From Geopsychrobacteraceae bacterium (lineage in GTDB: Bacteria; Desulfobacterota; Desulfuromonadia; Desulfuromonadales; Geopsychrobacteraceae), in contig OY759353.1 of the NCBI GenBank assembly GCA_963662315.1, positions 960,001 to 1,024,000 on the forward strand: a DNA stretch of 64,000 bases. Direction: 5' to 3'. Each line of letters begins with the position of its first letter. Position 1 is the first letter of the stretch. Positions 47,671-55,844 of the stretch are shown here, in pieces. Under the pieces are notes generated by a model that was not told the origin of the DNA, did not search any database, and worked only from the letters and a program-made list of their open reading frames with translations. The translations under genes and the position numbers were made by a program.

Positions 47671-48669
47671 TTAGATCGTGTTACGGGTACCATCCCATTC
47701 GCCCAATTCTTCTTCTTTGGTATCACCAGCGCCGTCAACGACACCGACGAATAGGACTTGGTCGACTGCGGTAGGAGCAACCCAAGCACCTGCAGTCACT
47801 TCAGCTTCAGCTACCTTGAACAATCCAATAAAACGATTATATTGATCGGCGTTTACATGTCGATAAACCGGTACGGAAGTCATTGCACCTAAGTTACCGG
47901 TATTAAAAAGACTTGAAGACGGCCCAAAACCAACAGCCATAAGAACAGGCGCCTTGGTTCCGTCGGCAGGAACCGTACCACCAGGACTGGTCATATTGGT
48001 ACCATCAAAGGTAGCATCGTCATACTCACCCGGGCCAAGAATCCGCTCTACAGCACCCGACCAATAAACAAGGTTTGCCATATCAGCAACAGCGACACTA
48101 GCGCCGCAACCGTTACCTGCTTCGCCGTTGAAAATATTACCGGCAACAACGGCATTGCCCCGATTAGAGATTGTGTCCTGAAGAGCAGTACTGGCGCAAT
48201 CAGCAGTCAAAACTGAACCGTCACCATAGTCAGGTGTAGCCTCATCAATAACGCGCAGAGACTCCATGCCGATTTCTCCCATAACTGTATCGACGTCTGT
48301 GATCAGGCCACCAACCACAACATCTCCGATTCCAAGGATGTCACCATCAGCATTTGGCAGAAGCGCAGTCGCCAAAGGAGCAGCAGCAGAAGCATCCGCT
48401 ACATACATCAGTGAGTCCAGATTGTTCGGGTAAACATTGTGCTGCAGAACACGGAAGGTATTAACTCCCTTGTTCAGCTCATCCATCATGGCTACGTGAG
48501 CAGCTGCAGCGGCGCGGGCGTCGGTGTCCTGCAGGGCCACGGTAGCGGTACCGGCGATTGCTGCCAGAATGGCGACAACGACCAGTAATTCGAGCAGGGT
48601 GAACCCGCGATTGTTGTTTTTGCTTTTCAGCTTTTTCAGACGTTTCAACAAAAATTCACGACCTAACAT
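47671..48669 (-). CDS. Probable major type IV pilin (about 310 aa mature, acidic)
   Basis: Basic leader, then NNRG|FTLLELLVVVAIL. First pilin of the operon, with an AAGGA RBS and a downstream terminator-like hairpin. Confidence 0.85.
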   Translation of the reverse strand: MLGREFLLKRLKKLKSKNNNRGFTLLELLVVVAILAAIAGTATVALQDTDARAAAAAHVAMMDELNKGVNTFRVLQHNVYPNNLDSLMYVADASAAAPLATALLPNADGDILGIGDVVVGGLITDVDTVMGEIGMESLRVIDEATPDYGDGSVLTADCASTALQDTISNRGNAVVAGNIFNGEAGNGCGASVAVADMANLVYWSGAVERILGPGEYDDATFDGTNMTSPGGTVPADGTKAPVLMAVGFGPSSSLFNTGNLGAMTSVPVYRHVNADQYNRFIGLFKVAEAEVTAGAWVAPTAVDQVLFVGVVDGAGDTKEEELGEWDGTRNTI

Positions 48670-49010
48670 TTTTCCTTTTCCTTTCAGCTTTAGGTTGCAT
48701 TTACGCCTTACCATCATGTAAGGCAGGTTGATTAAAGCCGAAGTGCCTCACCCACAGAGACCGCCTTTCGGTGGCACCAGATGGTTGACATCTGGAAACA
48801 TGCGTACTCTTTTGTCGCCCGCCGCGCAGGAGGCTTAAGCCCACGCTTTTAAGCAACTTATCTTTTTCTTGACCTAGGAGATGTCACACCTGCCCCCCTC
48901 CTGCACCTTCGGGCATGACCGGCTGCGTGGCCCCCTGCCACCGCAGCCTTTGTTTGTTTCGCGTGCACGGCTGAAATTACCAGCCTGCTTAAGCATTGAG
49001 GGGCTTAAGC

Positions 49011-49223
49011 TTATTTTGCCGTGGCCGGTTTTGCAGCCACGGCCGGATTATGAAAGTCGAGAACATAACGATATTGTTTTCCACAATGCACGATGACCTC
49101 TTTTTGACCGCGTCGCAAAATCTTCATTTCGATACGGATTTCCCCGTAGCCGTCATGCCTGAACAACTCGTCGTAGAGCTGCTCGATCCGTTTCATCACT
49201 TGCCGATGGGTTCCTTCTTCCAT
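49011..49223 (-). CDS. Small 70-aa protein heading the pilus operon (DUF2292/YezD-like fold suspected)
   Basis: A helix followed by HDGYGEIRIEMKILRRGQKEVIVHCGKQYRY. GAGGA RBS. Confidence 0.7.
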   Translation of the reverse strand: MEEGTHRQVMKRIEQLYDELFRHDGYGEIRIEMKILRRGQKEVIVHCGKQYRYVLDFHNPAVAAKPATAK

Positions 49224-49392
49224 AACTATCTTACTGTCCTCTTATTGAACTGCTGCTTCCTGCTGATCCCTGCCCGCAAAAAACAATCTATTTGGCTTAC
49301 TTTTCATAACGATCTGCTGCCGCCTATTCCGTAAATTGCGACATTCACCCCGGCAGCATAATCTCGTTGGCCGTTGTGCCTGACGTGGACTG

Positions 49393-49435
49393 AATGTAAT
49401 TGAAAACGAATATCAAAACCGTGATCAGAAACACA
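49393..49435 (-). promoter_or_regulatory. Pilus-operon promoter: -10 TACATT, Fur box and Crp-type site
   Basis: -10 at 49393-49398. TGAAAACGAATATCA at 49401-49415. TGTGT-N6-TCACG on the minus strand at 49420-49435. Confidence 0.7.
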
Positions 49436-49524
49436 CTTTGCATTTTTTTTGGTTATAATTTTCAAATATTTACTGAACGCCAATGATAATTTTATACCCA
49501 TAAAACCGTCGCTTTCTAAAGAAT

Positions 49525-49567
49525 CGTGATCAGCGTCACGGATTCAAATTTGCGCTTCAGCTATCCT
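49525..49567 (+). promoter_or_regulatory. Crp-type site and -10 for the Rid/imelysin operon
   Basis: CGTGA-tcagcg-TCACG (49525-49540), then a 21-nt gap, then TATCCT. Confidence 0.7.
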
Positions 49568-49663
49568 TCTGCCTGCGACATTCATTCATAACTATTCCGC
49601 TATCGTCCTCCCCCCTACGGGAGATCTTTTTTCCTCCTTTACGATGCGGACTTAGTATTCATC

Positions 49664-50836
49664 ATGATCAATTACGAACACCTGTCATTTAACGACGTCA
49701 ATATCACCTGCTCACACTATTGCCGGAATTCCGTCAGCGAACGCCACCTGGCTATCTCCTGCCCTGCCCGGACAGGTTTTAAAGCCCAGCTTGAAGGGAT
49801 CGAAAGTGCGTTAAGCGCTTTTATCGCCGGCCATTTACTGCCCCCGGGCTGCGTCATTTTCGGCCGCCTTTTCGTTAGCGACCATGCCAATCAGCAACGG
49901 GAGATCAGCGCCTTCGCCATTCGCCTAGCCGATTGGTGTGGCGGCTGCGCGCTGTCGGTTATTCAGCAGCCACCCCTTTCTTCAGCAAAGGTTGAGGCCT
50001 GGTTTTATCTGGTTGATGACGCTGGTAAAGTCCAGGCAAAAACCAGGAACGGCGATGAACTGATCCTCCAGCGCAATGGCTACCGCCATTTATGGCACTG
50101 CTCACAAATGAACGGTTGCCGACCAGGCAACGCTGCAGCCCAGACCACCGCGGTGCTGAATGCTTACGCCAGCGAACTGCAACAGCATGGCGGCACGCTG
50201 AAGGATAACTGCATCCGCACCTGGTTGTATGTACGGGATGTTGATTTTCACTACCAGGGGGTGGTCGATGCGCGGCGGGAACTGTTTACGGAACACGACC
50301 TGACCAAGGAGACGCACTTTATCGCCAGTACAGGGATTGAGGGGCGTCATGGCCACACCGCTGCTAACCTGGTGATGGACAGCTATGCCCTGCTGGATAT
50401 TTCCCCCGGGCAGGTTCAGTTCCTGCAGGCACCGGAATTTCTTAACCCGACCCATGAATACGGGGTCACCTTTGAACGCGCCACCAGCGTCGACTTTGGC
50501 GATCGTCGTCATATCTATATCAGTGGTACAGCCAGCATCGATAAATATGGGGCGGTCGTACATCCGGAAAACATTGAGCTGCAGCTGGAACGCACGCTGG
50601 TCAATATTGAAGAACTGCTGAAAAGTGCCTCGGCAGGAATAACCGACCTGGCTCAGATCATTGTCTACCTGCGCGACCTGGCAGACGCAGAAACAGTGGA
50701 AAGGTTTCTGGCCCAGCACTATCCCAAGCTACCGCGAGTACTGGTGCTGGCACCGGTATGCAGGCCTGGCTGGCTGGTGGAGATCGAAGGGATTGCGATT
50801 TGTGATGTTTGTCAGGATGACTATAATAATTTTTAA
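49664..50836 (+). CDS. Multi-domain Rid (YjgF) family protein, chorismatase FkbO/Hyg5-like
   Basis: Motifs RTWLYVRD, ASTGIEG, YGVTFERA, ISGTASID and VCRPGWLVEIEG. Confidence 0.82.
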   Translation: MINYEHLSFNDVNITCSHYCRNSVSERHLAISCPARTGFKAQLEGIESALSAFIAGHLLPPGCVIFGRLFVSDHANQQREISAFAIRLADWCGGCALSVIQQPPLSSAKVEAWFYLVDDAGKVQAKTRNGDELILQRNGYRHLWHCSQMNGCRPGNAAAQTTAVLNAYASELQQHGGTLKDNCIRTWLYVRDVDFHYQGVVDARRELFTEHDLTKETHFIASTGIEGRHGHTAANLVMDSYALLDISPGQVQFLQAPEFLNPTHEYGVTFERATSVDFGDRRHIYISGTASIDKYGAVVHPENIELQLERTLVNIEELLKSASAGITDLAQIIVYLRDLADAETVERFLAQHYPKLPRVLVLAPVCRPGWLVEIEGIAICDVCQDDYNNF

Positions 50837-50856
50837 CCGGAAGGAGAACTTTTGCG

Positions 50857-51942
50857 ATGAAATTTTCGGCCTATGCTGTGCGCCGGCTGCTGGTAGCCGG
50901 GCTAGGTTGTACTTTAACCCTTTTAACATTGATTCCCGCGACCGCCCTGGCCGGGGAACAGGAACAGCTTGACACATTAGCCGCCATGGCTAATAGCTCG
51001 CTGAACGCTGAGCTTGAGGACCTTAAGCAAAGTACCGCTGAATTAAACACGGCAATTATGCAATTGTGCAGCAGGCCGGATACTGAGCATTTAGAGCAGG
51101 CCCGACAGAACTGGCGCAAGGCATTTCTGGCGTTACGCCGGGCTGAACCCCTGAGACTGACAAAGGAGCTGAAAAAAACCCGTGAACTGACCCGGATCAC
51201 CAATGCTATTGTTCTTGACGCCGCATTAGCTGATGCACAGCTGGATGACCTGCTGGCTCAGAAGGACAGCCGCGGATATCTGGCCATAGAACAGATGCTG
51301 TTCGCCCCGCAGGACGCCGCCGCAGCAGCCACACCCAGACGCTGCGCTCATTTGCAGAAGACGGCAGCAGAAATAAACGCCTGGGCGCAGCAGGTGCTTG
51401 AACAGTGGCAGAACGAACTGGCACCAGGCCTGCGCAATGCCGGCGATGGCCAGCCCTACCTTACCGCGAATGAACCGCTGAACCTGCTCATGGCCGGTCT
51501 GCTGAACAGTAGCGAGTGGATGCTGCGTGACCGGATCAGCGTACCAAGTGGTTTTTTTGAAACTGCGGCAAAACCGGAACTGCTGGAGGGGGGCGTGAGC
51601 CACAGTACGGTTGACGCTTACAGTGCAACCATCGATGGCATGACTGCCGTTCTTGGTACTCCAGACAACCAGGCCGGCCTGCTTTACCTGGTAGCCACCC
51701 AGGACGGGCTAATATCAGCCAAAGACCCGGGACTGGCCGCAGACATTGTCGATCAGAGCAATGACATCAGGGAAGTTCTTGCGCACCTGCAAGGGGCAAA
51801 ACTCCCCCTTGTCGAAAGTTTGGCCATCAATAACAAGGTGCTCAAAAAACTGTACAAAGAAACCAATCAGCTGCAGAAGTTGCTGATCAAGGCATCCCTG
51901 GTGCTGGAACTGAATGTCACCGAACCGGCCAAGTTTGAATAA
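50857..51942 (+). CDS. Second imelysin-family protein
   Basis: Signal peptide, LCSRPD..LEQARQNW and RGYLAIEQMLF. Confidence 0.78.
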   Translation: MKFSAYAVRRLLVAGLGCTLTLLTLIPATALAGEQEQLDTLAAMANSSLNAELEDLKQSTAELNTAIMQLCSRPDTEHLEQARQNWRKAFLALRRAEPLRLTKELKKTRELTRITNAIVLDAALADAQLDDLLAQKDSRGYLAIEQMLFAPQDAAAAATPRRCAHLQKTAAEINAWAQQVLEQWQNELAPGLRNAGDGQPYLTANEPLNLLMAGLLNSSEWMLRDRISVPSGFFETAAKPELLEGGVSHSTVDAYSATIDGMTAVLGTPDNQAGLLYLVATQDGLISAKDPGLAADIVDQSNDIREVLAHLQGAKLPLVESLAINNKVLKKLYKETNQLQKLLIKASLVLELNVTEPAKFE

Positions 51943-51988
51943 GTTAAGCCCCTGGCCCATCTGTTTGCAGATGGGCCAGGGGCTTAAC
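51943..51988. terminator. Terminator hairpin
   Basis: Perfect inverted repeat GTTAAGCCCCTGGCCCATCTG-TTTG-CAGATGGGCCAGGGGCTTAAC. Confidence 0.85.
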
Positions 51989-52080
51989 ATTCATTGTGGT
52001 GATCGCTGGTTCAGGATCCCGACGCCGTGAACCTGAACCAGCGATTCCCTCCTCGTTTTATGCCTTCCGTCACAGAAAAA

Positions 52081-52410
52081 TCAGTGGCACGAACAGGTGG
52101 CGCAGCGGCCACAACATTTATGCTTGTGAGCACCAAGGGCTTTCCCCACAGCATGTTCAATGTCCGGCCAGTCCCACCGGCAATAAACGGCCTTAAGCCC
52201 CCGCTGGTCGACTTTTTCCTTAAATGCTTTTCCGGCGTCTGACTCCAAGTACTCCTCCCGGAGCACCACCAGGCCAATTTTTTCAGGAATCTCATCACCC
52301 GCCAGCAGTTCCGATGTCCCGTTCCAGTAAATAGTGTCTGCAACTCCCAACTCGGCCAGTCGTGGAAAATGAGAATCAGCGAGACCTGCTCCAACAATGA
52401 GTGCTGTCAT
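52081..52410 (-). CDS. DUF2325-like protein with a Cys-rich tail
   Basis: MTALIVGAG...YWNG...IPEKIGLVV, ending in CCGRCATCSCH. ATGA overlap with the flavodoxin gene. Confidence 0.65.
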   Translation of the reverse strand: MTALIVGAGLADSHFPRLAELGVADTIYWNGTSELLAGDEIPEKIGLVVLREEYLESDAGKAFKEKVDQRGLKAVYCRWDWPDIEHAVGKALGAHKHKCCGRCATCSCH

Positions 52411-52913
52411 AAATGGCCCTCCGCCTCCTCGGACACCTGGCGGATCCATGCTTCAATCCGCCCGGCAGTCAAATGGGATTGATTTTCGAAATCGAGGGCC
52501 AGGCCAAGAAACTGGTCCCCTTCTACAGCAGCCGATGCGGCATGATCGTAACCTGCGGTTGACCACTTGCCGATAATTGTTGCCCCGGCGGCCTCTGCCG
52601 CGTCATGAATCGGCCTGATACCATCAACAAAGGTATCAGCGAAAAGGGCCTGATCCCCCAGACCGAACAGCGCAACTTTCTTCCCCTTCAGATTAGCCTC
52701 GCTCAAATTTTGAAGGCTGGCACTCCAATCGTCCTGAAGGTCACCAAGTCCCCAAGTGGATGTTCCCAGCAGCAGCAGATCATAGTTTTCATAGTCTGCT
52801 GTAGCGACAGTTTCGACCTCATGTACCGTTGACCCAGCCATCAACCCGCCAATTTGCCTGGCGACAGTTTCGGTATTTCCAGTTGTGGATCCATAAACAA
52901 TTCCTGTTTTCAT
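52407..52913 (-). CDS. fldA: Long-chain flavodoxin
   Basis: Motifs YGSTTGNTE, STWGLG, FGLGDQ and GLALD..NQ. Confidence 0.95.
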   Translation of the reverse strand: MKTGIVYGSTTGNTETVARQIGGLMAGSTVHEVETVATADYENYDLLLLGTSTWGLGDLQDDWSASLQNLSEANLKGKKVALFGLGDQALFADTFVDGIRPIHDAAEAAGATIIGKWSTAGYDHAASAAVEGDQFLGLALDFENQSHLTAGRIEAWIRQVSEEAEGHL

Positions 52914-52963
52914 GCGTTATTCTCCAGACTGTGCAAGTACGGTGATTAAAATTATTCCGGATA

Positions 52964-53025
52964 GATAATGAAAAGCATTATCAATTTAAAAGAATTCCAT
53001 TTCTTCTGCTGTGACCACGGTCACA
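52964..53025 (-). promoter_or_regulatory. Flavodoxin promoter: Fur box, -10 TAAATT and a perfect Crp-type site
   Basis: GATAATGAAAAGCATTATC (52964-52982; 17/19 match to the classical Fur box) and TGTGA-ccacgg-TCACA (53010-53025). Confidence 0.85.
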
Positions 53026-53336
53026 GTAAGGCTTTCCTACTGATTTTTTTACTATCCGGATCAATCAGCCCGTTGTCGAGGCCGATGCATATTGAGCAGA
53101 AGGGTTATCCACCGGTCAATCAGGAAGCTTCAACCACAAAGGGGAAGGACCGTAACGACTGGAGATGGGAATAACACACCGCTGTTTCTGCCAGCGGCCC
53201 CCCCCCTTTACCTTGATTGTGGCGGTCATGGCTTCGACCGGGGGTAAATACAGGCTTACTGAAATTTTTCTGAGCATAGCGCGTCCATAACTATATGTGA
53301 TAGATCGCTGACTGTGCAGCGCCTGATGCGTAACCG

Positions 53337-53648
53337 TTACTTTTTCTTGGCTGCCGCACGCTTGGATGCTTTGAGCGGATTGACTTTCTGCGCCTGGACC
53401 TGACTGATCCCCAGCCATTCCTGACTCAGTTGCCCCTGCTCCGCCAGGAACTTCTCTTTATTTTCAACGCGCTGAAAAGCAATAATCAGCTCCCAACTGC
53501 CGTACTTCATCTGATCCGGGCTGATGGCGACATAGGGGATGTCCTTTCCCTCGAAATCCTGAAGGATATCGGCGACAGGACGGGTGCCCCTGAAGATGGT
53601 TTTGCTTTCATACTTAATGGCAATTCCCAAAATTGATTGTTCCTGCAT
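53337..53648 (-). CDS. Hypothetical protein (103 aa)
   Basis: GAGGAG RBS and coding-like composition. Confidence 0.65.
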   Translation of the reverse strand: MQEQSILGIAIKYESKTIFRGTRPVADILQDFEGKDIPYVAISPDQMKYGSWELIIAFQRVENKEKFLAEQGQLSQEWLGISQVQAQKVNPLKASKRAAAKKK

Positions 53649-53916
53649 AGTGATAAGATCTCCTCGCTTGAAATTAGGTTTTTTCGGTGCAGTATGCCGA
53701 GATATAGACCGTTACACACCAGGGAATTGAATTTCGTTTTCAAGTGCAACGGTGTACGCCTCCGCACAAGCCCTTGATTTTCTTGCCACAACGAAAAACA
53801 TCTCGTTTCTAATCTGAAAACTTCATTATTGCCATCCAGAGTTTCTGGATGGTACCCAAATAGATGGGTTCTTTCCGGAAAGGACCCTTTAGTCGTTTTC
53901 GTAAGAAATAGCTCTT

Positions 53917-54657
53917 TTACAGACAGATTGATGCACTGTTTTTGACCTCCAGACAAGAGCAATCACAATCATGCTGACCAAACTCATCCATCAACTTGTA
54001 TAAATGACCTATTGCGGAAATACTGACACAGCCCTTATGATAAGGAATTCCGTAACTTTTTGATAACTTGGTCAAGCAACGAGACAACGTTTCCCTGGCC
54101 ACACCCAACTCCTGAGCGGTTAAACTGATGGGGCGAAAATCAACAACTCCGCAGTGGAGGTTATCACGTTTCAGTCGATAGATAAGATACCCGACAGTCA
54201 ACAGCTCAACCCGGCAGCAACGCACAAGGGTTCGCATATGGCGCTCCTGCTCAACCTCTATGGCCATCAGTCTGAAGATGTTATCCATAATCGTTTTCTG
54301 ACTGAGCGCAATTGATTGAAAATCAGTATAATGCCAATATAAAAGTGACGATTTTGAAGTTCCGACAAAAGAACTTTCACAATAATGTTCTGTCATCAAC
54401 GATGAAAAACAGAAGAAATCCCCCGGGAAAAGTCGCCTGACCAGCAGATCCTGACCATCCGGAGCCTGTTTATACATGCGCATCTCACCACCGATAACAC
54501 AATGTACTTTTCGCGTGAGGTCATCCCCCTCAAGACGTTGCCAGCGCCCTTTCATAACGTATTTTCGGCCACTGCGGATCAGAGCCTGAATCACTGTCTC
54601 TTCGGCATCCCTGAGTAACAGGGATTGTTGAAGAGCATCTCTAACTGTTGATAACAT
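53917..54657 (-). CDS. Crp/Fnr-family transcriptional regulator
   Basis: cNMP-like domain (GEMRMYKQAPDGQD..PGDFF), HTH AQELGVARETLSR and a Cys-rich tail CDCSC. Confidence 0.88.
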   Translation of the reverse strand: MLSTVRDALQQSLLLRDAEETVIQALIRSGRKYVMKGRWQRLEGDDLTRKVHCVIGGEMRMYKQAPDGQDLLVRRLFPGDFFCFSSLMTEHYCESSFVGTSKSSLLYWHYTDFQSIALSQKTIMDNIFRLMAIEVEQERHMRTLVRCCRVELLTVGYLIYRLKRDNLHCGVVDFRPISLTAQELGVARETLSRCLTKLSKSYGIPYHKGCVSISAIGHLYKLMDEFGQHDCDCSCLEVKNSASICL

Positions 54658-54707
54658 AAAGCAATTCTTTCTATTAAATGCTGATTATGGCAGTCGTGAG
54701 GATTTAT

Positions 54708-55313
54708 TCAAACCACACGAAGGTAGCCACGAGATGGTCGGTACTGCTGATACTGGCATGAAATACTTGTCGAACGGGTATATTCCTTTTTAATTTCAAG
54801 GCCTTTACCCCTAACTTGATGTTGCAAAACCAGCATCCAAAGCTGTAATCGATGTTGAGTTAATTTGCGTTGATTCACTTCGTCGATAGCCAGACCAACA
54901 AAGTTGTTCTTTTGCAAAGCGGCTGAAGACTGAAAGTGGTAGCCGGCGTTGGTCCAACTACCAATATGCCTAGCTCCTGTCTCCTGCGCAGCATCAAAAA
55001 GAGCTCTCATGCCATCCACAAAGGTAGCCCCGTGACCAATCTGGTCACCAAGACCAAACAACGCAAAATCCCGACCACGGAGATTGGCCTGACGCAGACA
55101 TTCGATAGAATCGAGCCAGTATTCATGTAAATCTCCGCTACCGACCGTAGGTGTTCCCATAATGAGAAGATCATGGGCCTCCAAATCAGCGCGGGTCACT
55201 TTTTGAGCTTCAAATAAGTGAACGTCAGTGATCATTGCCGCCATCTGTCGGGCAACGCGATAAGTAGTGCCATCCGGCAGAGAACTGCCCGCATATACAA
55301 TGGCCGTTTTCAT
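54708..55313 (-). CDS. Atypical long-chain flavodoxin (inserted P-loop, C-terminal extension)
   Basis: YAGSSLPDGTT, TPTVGSG, FGLGDQ and GLAIDEVNQ. GGAGG RBS. Confidence 0.85.
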   Translation of the reverse strand: MKTAIVYAGSSLPDGTTYRVARQMAAMITDVHLFEAQKVTRADLEAHDLLIMGTPTVGSGDLHEYWLDSIECLRQANLRGRDFALFGLGDQIGHGATFVDGMRALFDAAQETGARHIGSWTNAGYHFQSSAALQKNNFVGLAIDEVNQRKLTQHRLQLWMLVLQHQVRGKGLEIKKEYTRSTSISCQYQQYRPSRGYLRVV

Positions 55314-55341
55314 TGAGATTCCTCCTGACTCCAACCATTAA

Positions 55342-55399
55342 TGATAATGAGTTTCATTTTTACCATCAATATCACTCAAATTATGTGACTTCAGGCACA
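55342..55399 (-). promoter_or_regulatory. Fur box and Crp-type site upstream of the flavodoxin-regulator operon
   Basis: TGATAATGAGTTTCA (55342-55356) and TGTGA-cttcag-GCACA (55384-55399). Confidence 0.8.
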
Positions 55400-55489
55400 T
55401 TAACGAAATTTTTAATGAAATTTTGAAGATCTGACTATCTTCTGTCTCCCCCATAACCATTCGCTAAGCGGAGAAGAGACCGGGGATGG

Positions 55490-55655
55490 GAATATTGATC
55501 AGGGTCGACTTACCAATACCGTTCTTTCCCTATAGACCGAACACAGTCCCGGTCCGAACTTCAAGAGATCCCCTCTGGTAATTAGTTTTGCGCCCGTAAC
55601 TGTAGTAAAGATCTCGGATTGTAACGACCGCACCAGGATCAGGATTGGGACTCAT
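55490..55655 (-). pseudogene. Truncated remnant of an ABC transporter ATPase gene
   Basis: MSPNPD..IRDLYYSYG..TVFGL*GKNGIGKSTLINI. A stop precedes the Walker A motif and the rest of the gene is missing. Confidence 0.75.
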
Positions 55656-55791
55656 CTTTGGAATCTTTTTGTTGTGTCGAAGACGCAGGGCAGCTTTTAG
55701 TTCCACAGCTGCAACCACGATTTTTAAACAGTTTGCGGTATAGGTAGAAAAGAGCAATAAAGAAAATAGCAGTGAGAAATAGTTCTTCCAT
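55639..55791 (-). CDS. FeoB-associated Cys-rich small membrane protein (50 aa)
   Basis: Hand translation gives MEELFLTAIFFIALFYLYRKLFKNRGCSCGTKSC.... Confidence 0.78.
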   Translation of the reverse strand: MEELFLTAIFFIALFYLYRKLFKNRGCSCGTKSCPASSTQQKDSKDESQS

Positions 55792-55844
55792 AAGCAGCTT
55801 TCCAAAAACTCCGGACCGACTTGCGCCGGTCCGGAAGCAGTGAT

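Noticed and set aside
47671..48669. Electrically conductive pilin (e-pilin)
   Set aside because: Only about 19 F/Y/W residues in about 310 aa (hand count), with long aromatic-free gaps. It is unlike the short aromatic-rich Geobacter PilA.
48718..49010. c-di-GMP/cGAMP (GEMM) riboswitch upstream of the pilin
   Set aside because: The spacer is structured, but I could not find the GEMM core (GGCAAA..GAAA..GACGCAAAGC) on the coding strand.
49314..49325. RfaH ops element in the pilus operon leader (GGCGGCAG on the minus strand)
   Set aside because: It mismatches the GGCGGTAGnnTG consensus, and a chance match is likely.
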